Source: Amoebidium appalachense (Eukaryota; Protista; Ichthyosporea). From it: a DNA stretch of 64,000 bases. The stretch covers positions 1,364,001 through 1,428,000 of the forward strand of contig CAVNZM010000006.1 of the NCBI GenBank assembly GCA_963693365.1. The letters run 5' to 3'. Below are positions 53,829 to 64,000 of this stretch, piece by piece; within the stretch, counting starts at the first letter, position 1, and each line of letters begins with the position of its first letter. Under the pieces are notes generated by a model. That model worked only from the letters and a program-made list of their open reading frames with translations. It was not told the DNA's origin and ran no database searches. The position numbers and the translations under genes are program-made.

Positions 53829-54801
53829 ACACACACACGTGCCCACATACACACATGCTCACACACACACACACACACAAAAAAAAAAAACAGAAAGCAA
53901 GAAAGAAACCTTATAAACCATGTTGGTACAGGGCCCACACAGTCAAACAAGACCAAACGCCCAGTTGCATTCACAGGGGCAAATGGTCCCCCCCCCCCCC
54001 CCCCCCCCCCCCCTCCCCCACGTAGTAGATTGTGTGTACGTTGGGAATGTTTGCTTTGTATCTGTATAACATCCTTAACAACCCTCCCTCCCCCCGTGTG
54101 TTTGTTGCTGACTGTGCACACAGTGCATTTCACAGGCCATCAAGTACTTCCCCTCCAACGTGCCTCACCCCCCCAGGCCGTGCTGCTGACGGCATACCTC
54201 GAACTGCTCAAAGGTGCGGGCCTGTATGCTGATTGGCTAGCTGGTTGCCATGGTGACTGCGTGGCTGCGGATGTTAGGCAGGGCTGGATTGTGTGTTAAG
54301 TTATGTTGCAGCAGTGCATGGATGATGCATTGGTGCTTGTATGGCAACAAAGGCAAACACACGAACACCCAAGCGGTCGCTCGACATCCCCCCCCCCCCC
54401 CCCCCCCCCCCCCCCTTTTTCCTCCCGTGGGGACCCCGGGAGAATGGGTTTTGGTTTGGTTGCTTAGCCTCTTGAGTTTACTAGTTGTTGTTGCTTGTCA
54501 TCCTATGCACAACACGTCGTGTTGTTGTCTTCAAATTATTGTGTCGTATAGTTTAACGATCCTACCCCCCCTCTCCCTCCCCCCCCCCCCCCCCCCCCCC
54601 TCCCCCTCCCCCCTCTCCCCCCCCCCCTCCCCCCCCCCTCCCCTCCCCCTCTCTCCTGAAGATGGGCTCTACTAATTATGTGTGCCCTGTACGCTCTTTT
54701 TAGCAATCCGGCATCGTGCTGTCCATTGTGAACGTGTAACCCACTTCGTACTCTGTTACGCATTATAACCCATCCCCCCTCCCCCCCTCTGCACTACACA
54801 C

Positions 54802-54877
<76 letters not shown>

Positions 54878-54959
54878 TCACACACACGCACACACGCACA
54901 CACGCACACGCACACGCACACGCACAGGCACACGCACATGCACATGCACACGCACGCAT

Positions 54960-55012
<53 letters not shown>

Positions 55013-55170
55013 CACACACACACACACACAGGCAAAATCCCCCGTGCTCTGGCTGCGATCAAGCAGCATGCGGTACGCCCCGTGGCTCCCACCCCCCCCA
55101 TGGGCCAGGCCAGTCCCAGCCCGATGGTCCGCAGACAGCCTCAAACCCCCCACTGGGCCCGTTCGATAGA
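53608..55170 (+). pseudogene. Duplicated CNOT10 exons 14-16 (partial copy)
   Basis: Exon-like blocks ~53608-53768, 54124-54213 and 55032-55170 keep their splice sites; single-base indels in C-runs (~54170, ~55150) shift the frame relative to copy A. Confidence 0.75.
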
Positions 55171-56615
55171 TAGTGTGGGGGTACCGCATGCTGGCCGTGC
55201 GGTTAAATGTGTTTTAAAAAATTAATGTGTGTGTGTGATTGGTGGTTTGATGTTTTGATGAGGGACTGAAGTCACTGACACTGCCAGAAAATGCCGTGCG
55301 CAGGGCGACAGTTTAGTTGACTAAGGCAGTGTTTTCCTTTACGTTTTCTTTTTTTTTTTTTTTTTTTTTTTTTAAATGTGGTTTTCTTTATTTATTTAGT
55401 CTTCGGATATGATGTTGCAGCTAATACAGTTGGGAAGGTGTGTTTGGCATGTAGGAATACACGTCGGCTTTCAAATCAAAATCTCAAGTGTTCACATGCA
55501 GAGGTTTTTTGTCGATATTTTCATTCTTGTTTGGTGTAGTTATGTTAAGGTATAGTGTACAGGTGTAAGGGGGAATGGCGGTTAAGGTGGCCTGGGGCCA
55601 CCTTGTAGGGTCCCCGTGTGACATGCAGACGGTGTGGTGTATTGTATCTATCTGCTGCAGTAAATGTGCACCACAATTCAACATAAGCATGTTTGGTATT
55701 GTGGTGGTCATCCGGGCATGTGCAACACAACAAACAATTGTGTCAATGCATTGTGTGTGAAGATTTGTGAATATAACGCCAAGGCGTGTATAGTAATTAC
55801 CGATGTGTATCGGTGTCCTTAAGCTTGTGTGTTTGTGTCATTTGCCATCGTGTCATAGTGTGCGACCTTCAGTACGTGACGGGAGGTGCGACATGGTGAT
55901 ATGAAGGGCAGGCGGGGGAGGAATGAGCAGCCTCGGAGGAGGGGCAGGGAAGGTGTGTACATGTTGGGGGGGGGGGGGGGGGGGGGGGGGGTTATGAGTA
56001 GGTCAGGACTCCGGGCCCAAGGAAAGCTTTTTAAGGTCTAAAAGTTCAGTCTGCAATCGAATCCTCCCTCCCAGGCTAGCCCCTATTAATCCCCTCCCCC
56101 CCCCTCCCCCTCCCCCCCCCCCCCCCCCCCCCACCCACCCACCCTCAGCTCCAACCCCCCGATTCCTTGCAAAATGAAGAATCTTGCAGGGTTTTTATTC
56201 ATGAGCTCTGCTTAAACCCCCGAAAATCAGGATAACACAGCCAAAAATTCAAAGTGCCTGCTGACGTTACGGTGTCGCATAAAACTGTTACAGCCATGGT
56301 ACGGATTATTACATATTTAGGGAGGTCAACAACAAACTGTGCACCATGTCCCGTGTGTTACTATGATACAGTCATCACCATGGCCAAGCGGATCATCAAA
56401 GCTCAACCTGTGGTAAAACCTACGAGAATCCACAAACCAAACAACCAAAGGTGATTCCCCCAGCCTTCGTGGTCATTTCCATAACCCAACCTAATGAACT
56501 ATTCCTCCCCCCCCCCCCCCCCCCCCCCGGCAACAACTGTTGCGTACGCACGCTACACACCATACAAATTAAACTGAACAGCCACTGAGTGTGCAAGCAC
56601 TGTATATACTAAGCC

Positions 56616-56662
<47 letters not shown>

Positions 56663-57201
56663 AAAAAAAAAAAAAAGGAAGAACGAAAGATAGAAAAAAA
56701 GAAAGAAAGAAAAGAAAAAACAGTAAAAAATCCTTGCAATGAGGCCAATACCCCCCCCCCCCCCATCTCCCCCTCCACAGAAGGACTCCTATCTGGCTTA
56801 ACCTTCTCTATTTCATAGAGTTCGTAACCTCACGAAGCATATCAGTTAAGGAGAGTCAGAATTTTCATTGAATCTATGCACATAAGAAGTTCAAAGCTCC
56901 GAGGATTTCTAGCATCAGGCGCTTGAAGAACGAACTTACAGTAACTGTGCATCTGAGACTAAGCAGACATACAAAATCAACCAAATATGGAGCAAATATG
57001 CGTTCCAGGAATTTTTCCAGATGCGAAAACTGAGTCTCCCGGATCCGGAAGGAGATAATGAAGCTGTGCTTTCCAGGGCTAAGCAAATTCTGCCCCACAA
57101 ACTTTCAGACCATATGAGTAGGGTATCAATTCTAGTAAACCCTACGCGAATGCACATATCCACAAAATTTTAAACTTCCCATATTTACCTTGTACTACAC
57201 A

Positions 57202-58815
57202 TAGGCCCTTGCAAAAATATCCCGGTTTTTGCCCTGAATATCATTCGGGATATATCACGAAAATATCGAATGTTGCCCTCAATATCACAAAAGTATCCCG
57301 CCAAAAGCCCCTGAATATCATTTAAAAAAATTTCTTTGGCTGACGGAAAGATATGCAAGTATGCACGGCATACTGAGAAGACAATAAAAAAAATAAAAAA
57401 CTTCACGAGTTATCCAGTAACAAGTGCATACTGAGATACACACTTCACTTTCACTTCGATCTCTTAGCTGTCACGTCAACTTTTTTTCCCGATTCTTCAC
57501 CATGGCAGGTATATAAAGGCTTTCGTTTCTTCTTTTTGTGGTGGGAGGGAGTCCCACTCAGGGGAACGTGACTGCAGCGTGTGTGTGGTGTGGCCTGGTG
57601 TATTCCTACTGCTGTGAGAGTGTGGGGGCATCTCCCTTTCGCGGAGTTTCTCGCTTGAGAAGTGGTTTCTTCAACGCCTGGTGGTCCACTGCAACCTATG
57701 GTAACTTCTACACGCTGTCTACGCTTCTACGCGATCTATTGGCGGTGGGCTGCTGCAACTTCTTCAGCTACTTCTGCGCTGCGTGAGTGGAGGGGCGGCT
57801 ACTTGGTCGTCAGGGAGCTTTCCAAGTGACTGCCAGTCCTTAGCCTCCAGTCGTGTGGCAATGACCGGGTTTGCTTGCATGCATTCTGTAATTGTGTTTT
57901 TCTGTGTGTCCTGCCACAACTAGGCCACCTTATCAGAGAGCTAGATGCAGTTTCTCCGGGTTATCTAGGGGCCGGGCCCGTTGGGATTGTTTTTTAGCAC
58001 AGATTTGGTCTGCATTGCTCTTTTAGAGGCTGACTTGCTTGCTGTGCCTCGGTAGGTTTTGAGGGGGGCCTGGTGGGAAGCAGCAGTAATGATGTCTTCT
58101 TGCGGAGTGTGGTCTGGTCAACATCGATGCATATGACTAGTTGGAGCAAACTAGTCTCACGCATACACGTACACTTCAAGGTTTTGCCCGCTGGTGTCCT
58201 TTGCCACTTGTCGCTTTATATTTATTTCGTAGCTTTGGCTTTTTCAGTTCTATTGGTGGGTATGTAGCCTGTGGCTGCACGTTGCCTTCATCAACGGATC
58301 AATAAAACCGAGTCAAAAGAAGAAAAAAAAATCATATAAATACTCAATGTGACGACCGTTTTTGCCCTGAATATCACGAAAATATCCCTATTTTTACCCA
58401 AATAAGGAAATATACAGGTTTTGTTTCGATTTCCGCTATTTTTGTGAGATCCCTTGAGAGAGCATATACCCCAAGATTATCAATCTAAGGACAATCCGAA
58501 GCAATCCGGTCGCTTTTAGGCCCTTTTTAGGCTAAAACAGAAGATTTGGTAGTGCAGGATGTGTGAATAAGAGTTTTCTGTAACTTTTTGTAGTAGTTTT
58601 CACATATTTTTTTATTGAAAACAAGGGATATATCCCGCTTTTAAAGCCGTGATATATTCTGCCCTGAAAGATACTTTTGATATATCATTTTTTGGTCCGT
58701 CCCCTGAATATCATTTGATATATCTTGACATGCCCCTGAATATCACGAGATATATCAAGTATCGAATTGGCCCCTGAATATCAAAAGATAATCGGGATAT
58801 GTTTGCAAGGGCCTA
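57202..58815. mobile_element. Non-autonomous hAT DNA transposon, 1614 bp
   Basis: 23-bp TIR TAGGCCCTTGCAAA(A/C)ATATCCCG (22/23); perfect 8-bp TSD ACTACACA (57194-57201, 58816-58823); multiple subterminal CCCTGAATATCA; paralogous empty site in copy A near 48770-48790; no transposase ORF. Confidence 0.93.
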
Positions 58816-59233
58816 ACTACACACAAAGCACACAAAAAACGGAGCCTCCTATTTTTGTTTTATCCAATGTTGGAATGTGATGCGTGCGTAGCCAACCAGG
58901 AGGCCGCATTGGTGAGCCACCCTCGGCGAGCTTGGCTAAGCAAGATCCGAGCCGATCCGAGGATTCCGAGCTCGATCGCGGCCAACAGAGGCCAACAGCC
59001 AACCCTTGGGCCTGCTGCATATAAACACAGGCACCAAACTCACAAGAGACACATACAACAGCAGCTCTACCAGAAGAAGATACAAAAACCCTATCCAAAT
59101 ACAATCTGAAAACAGTGAAAACGCGTCACTACTTTCCTACTATCATCAACATCATTGCCCTGAATTCTGGCAATACACACACGGCTTTACATTCTTGCAG
59201 GTATTTGAAACACAAACGCACAACTGTTACAAT

Positions 59234-60833
59234 ATGGCGTCCATCCTCGCCACCAGTTCCAGCGGTGCCCTTGGTGCACACGGTTTCGAGCTGTCACGCA
59301 ACATCTGTGCTGCCCTCTCCACTGGTGTGCGTGCAGCCATGGCACGTCGGGCAGGCACCCAGGTAGCCAACGCAACAAGTGTTCTGCGCACCAGCCGTGG
59401 CCTGCACACTTCTCCTCCACGTCTGCACTGGTGCAAGAACTGGAGCCCTCTCCCCACCTCCCCCACCACCAGGCGCCGCACCTACTGCGGCAGAGACTCT
59501 GGCCAAGGGGGCCGCAGGCGGCTACAAGGGCCACTACAACAACTATCATTGGTGGTACGCCAACCAGCACAACACTGGCGGCAGGCGCCGCTTCCGCCTA
59601 ATTCCCATTCTGGCAACCATCGGGGGTTTGTGGGCCATATGCGAGTACAAGTCACTCAAGAAGGAGTTCAGGCGCTACCGCAACGGTGCTGAGGCCGAGA
59701 TTGAGCAACTGAAGGTCGAGGCTGCCAGCGTTATGGAGACGGCCCGTGCATACCAGAAGGCCCTGCGCAGTGACGGGGACATTCTCAAGAGGTTTTCCAG
59801 CCGTGTGGAATCGAGTGTGGGTGCATTGGAGAATAAGCAGGTCACGTGGGGCACCGTCGTGGCTGAGCTCAAGCAGGCCGTTAACGATGTGCACAATGAC
59901 GTCATGGCCCACGCCCCTCTGCCCCCTCCGCGTGTTTCGCAGCCGGCTAAGGCAGAATCTAACGTCCACCACCACCACCACCCCCATCGCATCAACACGG
60001 CCAACGGTCGCACTGTGGCATACACCGAGAAATTTTCTGAGGACCGTGACGCCGCCGCAAATAGCCGCGGTTTTCACCGTCATTGGCACCACCATCGTCG
60101 CGAATGGGACAACCGCTCAGACTGGCCGGAGGATTATGGCCGTGAGGGCAGGCGGGGAGATTGACTTGTTGCGGTGTTCTCGTCAGACCGACCAGGCAAC
60201 ATGCAAGTAGTGCTGGGTGGCGCCCCTGATCCCCTAGTGACCTCACCAGCCAGCGGCAGTGACCAGCCCCTTGTGGTTACACCCGCACCTGCGGCACAAT
60301 GTGGAAGAGACAAGCGGTCTGCTACTGTATGCACACACCCCTGTTTTGGCGAGAACACCACCCCGGCAACAGAGCCCACCCCCATTGCTTGTCTGATGGA
60401 GGATAAGGCTCAAACTCAACAGGCTACACAATCGACGACTCCACGAACACAAACGGATAGCAAGGAAACTTTCACCATTCAGTTGGAGAGGGGGGCAGCA
60501 TCGGGCGACAGTACGGCGACTGGCGTGAGCGAACCGGAATTGCCCAAATCTAATATGTTCACACAAGATACACCATCCCCGTTAGATGTAGAGCAGTCAA
60601 AAAGTAAACGGCAAAGCAGGAGCGCTGAAAACAACGATTCGGATGTAAGTTCAGTCATATCAGTGCACATGCACAAGAATCCCATGGGTGATGCGGCATC
60701 ACCTGGCCGTTCACAAAATATCATTGGTGCAGAACCCACCAATCAGCAACAGGGAACGAAGAATGGAGCATGGCAGGCGGTGACTGCTATTACCAACGTA
60801 GTAACTGCAGTGGCCGTGTGGTGGTTATGGTAG
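59234..60833 (+). CDS. Copy B of the ORF1-TGA-ORF2 gene, with a +1 frameshift near 59449 (pseudogene or sequence error)
   Basis: MASILATSSSGALGAHGF... from 59234; removing one base from AGCCCTCTCCCCACC restores the poly-Pro frame; TGA at 60162-60164; ORF2 open to TAG 60833. Confidence 0.7.
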
Positions 60834-63535
60834 TGGGAGCAGTAGGCGGTAGACGGGTGCAAGGTTTTCAACAACGGGTCCATTTTTGGTGTTGTATTTT
60901 GCTTTTAATGTACAGCAAGTTTAATTTAACCGTTAGTATGTTAGTATCATGGCAAGATTTCATAACGATGCCAGGTATCCTCGTAGTGTTGATGTGGTAA
61001 CATAATGGGCTTTATGTGGATTGATTGGATGGTGTTTATTGGCATATAAGTGCCTCTGAGTGTATAGCGTACGAAAAGGAGAACCTGAAGCTGGATTGTT
61101 CATAGGGTGATATTGAATGGTCAAAGATAAAGAAAATAAATGGAGTCTGTCTGGAGAGACAGCTGAATACTATGAGCTAACTATCTTGCAAAACAATATA
61201 GGTGCACTTGAGTCTTTCTTTCTTTTTCGTTTCTTCCCCTCTTCCCCATGTTTTCCAAACATTTGTTTGTGTGGTGGTGTGGTGGGATAATAAATCAATG
61301 TGGGTATTTGTGTGCATTGGATGTTCTTGTGCGGAGGGGGGTGGTACTATACATATCATTGAACTATGGGTTTGTGTGTGGGTGTGTCTGTGTGTGTGTG
61401 TCTGCGTGTCTGCACACGTCACGGTGTCCGTGTGTCCGTGTGTCTGTGTGTGTCTGCATGTGTGTGTGTGCATGCGCGCAGTTTTGTTTGAGCGCGTGCG
61501 CGTGCGTGGCGCTACAGTGTGTGTGTGTGTGTGTGTGTGGGCGCCCAAGCGCCCGCGTGCGCGCGCGCGTGTGTGAGCATGCGAGCATGCGAGCGTGCGT
61601 GCATAGGTGTGTGTGTGCGTGCGCGCAGTTTTGTTTGAGCGCGTGCGCGTGCGTGGCGCTACAGTGTGTGTGTGCGTGTGTGTGTGCATGTGTGCCTGTG
61701 TATGTGTGCGTGTGTATGTTGTAGAGGGGAAATAGAAGGGAAATAGAAGACAGAGAGTGATAAATAATAATAATCGGGCTGGTTGACCATATATTTATAG
61801 ATTATACCGTGTACAAGCAGTGTAATAAGAACCAGTGAGCTTACAAGGGTGCTCTGCCAACGTTAGTTACACCTAAATGAACGGTGACCTAAGGAGCGCA
61901 TCACCACACGTTCATTAGCTAAGCGTGGTCTAGAATGTAGAACAATACAAACTAGCGGACTTAGTCCCTGCCTTAGGCGTCCCAAGTAGCTATATACGAA
62001 CTGGTTGGAGCCGGTGTATGGCTATGTGTTGCAATGGACACTGTAAACAATGATATACACGGCAATCGGTAAAGTGAGGTGTCAATCGATGGTCAAACAA
62101 GCCTTATTGTAAAGTATCCTCACGGACACTTCAGTGTAAAATGTATGTGTATGAGTGTAAACGGGGTTCACTCTGAACTGGATTTCAGAGGATCGATGCG
62201 TGCGTTTATATACGGATGGTCGACCCGGACAAGATTACTTGACCAATTACACAACTCCCTAGCCGACCAATCATATTACAGATTAGTACAGGGCTAGTAA
62301 TTACTGTGTGTGACTACTTGGTCTCTTGCCGGTTCTAACACTCATATATAATCTTTACTGCTGCATGACTTATGACTTACACAGCCCCGAAATATACTCC
62401 AAATAAACAGGTACCAGTACTTTTCCTGTTTATGACTTTGGTTACCAGTTACCTTTCGGAGTGCTGTCTCTCTCACATGTGTAACTGCAGGTTTACAACG
62501 ACCACTCATTGCAGCTGGACTTTACCGGGATGCCCTCAACATGACTGGTCGAATATGAGACTCCCCAATCACTCACAACCTGCTTGTTAGTTATTCGTTC
62601 TCTATGGCCGCAGCATTTACGTGTTCCAATCAACACAGAAGAGGCCATAAGTGTCCACTCACGCGAGTCTCACTGTAGTTCGTTTCCAAGTAACCGAACA
62701 TATGTAATTGTATTTGATCATCCGATTGGAAAAGCAGATATAACATTTATGATTGGCTCATTCATCAGCAAACGCCGACATCTGACTGGATGAGCCGGCA
62801 CCGACGAATTGTAAATAAAGCAAATAGATCTGAATAGATCTGAATCGATCGATTGACACGAATGCTCGCCGCGGAGACATAACACTTATTATATCCAAAA
62901 TTCAATAGCGTTGGCTAATCCGCGGATTTGATAGGTCATAACTCGATAGCGGGGATACAATCGAAGGTAGCCCTACGTGTCGTAACGAGAAACTCTGCCA
63001 AGGGGTATTTATGATTGGTCCAGATCGAATCCGGTTCGATCCGATTAGCCATATAAGGAAACTGCAAAAAACCGTTTTTACGAAAGGTAGCCCTACGTCT
63101 TTCGACCCACAATGCAAGGGCCCCCTACGGGTACGGGGTCTAAATGTAATACATGCGAGCCAGTACATTGGATTATGTAAGATAAACACAACAATTTTGA
63201 ATAGCAGGTATGCCGCGAAACCAGAAAGGTTCGTAGAGTGAATAAGTTAAGAACTAGTAAAAATCATGGAAATAAGAAAGAAAACATAGAAGTTAGAAGA
63301 AAGAGACATATATATATCTATCTAGTGGTGCCGGGTGTAGAAGGTGTAGTGTGTGCGCGTATGTGAGAATCCGTTATGCATTTTGGAATGTGATCATGGC
63401 ATTGTGGAATGTTACCAAAGTGTAGTGAACGATCGCGATCGGAAAAATAGAGATGGAAACATGGTGAGAGAGAGAGAGAGAGAGAATGAGAGACTCGGGA
63501 AGAGAGAGAGACAGCAGAGAGAGTCGGAGGAAGAG

Positions 63536-63571
<36 letters not shown>

Positions 63572-64000
63572 AGAAGAAGAGTGAGAGAGGAGAGAGAGAC
63601 GGAGATATGTGTATGCACATGTGTGTGTGTATGCGTGTGTGTTTGACGGGGGAGGGGGGGTAGGGGATGGGGGGGGTATGGGTTGGGGGGGGGGGGGGGG
63701 GGGGGGAGGAGGCTACGTGTATGTTGTGTTTTGGGAGGAAGAGTTAGTGTTGATGTGAACGTGAGCACACAGGGGAGCCATGATCGAATACTAAATCTAT
63801 ATGTCGAAGTGTTTAGGCTATCCGGGAAACATAGGGAGAGAGAAAGAAATGTCAGTGGGAGAAGGTTGTTAGTTGATGTGACTGTATGATGGGTTTGGTG
63901 GTGGTGTGTGCGTAGGTATGTGTGACAGTATGTGTATTTGTGCGTGTGTGTGTGTGTGTGCATGTGTGTTTATATCAAACTGTGCGCCAAATGGGACGGG

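Overview
Eukaryotic genomic DNA, intron-rich and saturated with poly-C/poly-G, (CA)n/(GT)n and (GA)n tracts; almost all ORFs in the track are repeat artefacts. The gene content suggests a unicellular holozoan (inference). By splicing exons in phase by hand I reconstruct six genes: a coiled-coil protein (+, ~1065-10606), a small SAM-like plus ParB-like-HTH protein (-, 11003-13386), an RNF144/RNF217/RNF19-type RBR E3 ligase (-, 16973-23896), a RUNDC3-like RUN protein (-, ~25390-32937), CNOT10 (+, 34298-45196, 16 exons) and an F-box/LRR gene (-, 47007-48368). A seventh, apparently intronless gene with a mitochondrial-type presequence lies in a tandem duplication of ~10 kb period. Best lead: in both copies of that gene (49203-50774, 59234-60833) two coding ORFs are in frame across a conserved TGA-CTTG, and only synonymous changes occur just after the stop. 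This points to stop-codon readthrough, or a retained small intron, adding a ~217-aa extension with a C-terminal hydrophobic anchor. Also present: hAT-type and Tc1/mariner-type non-autonomous elements, a 45-bp palindrome with an 8-bp TSD, and a sense-oriented intronic repeat family carrying CUGANGA. No database searches were possible; all homology calls come from motif recognition.
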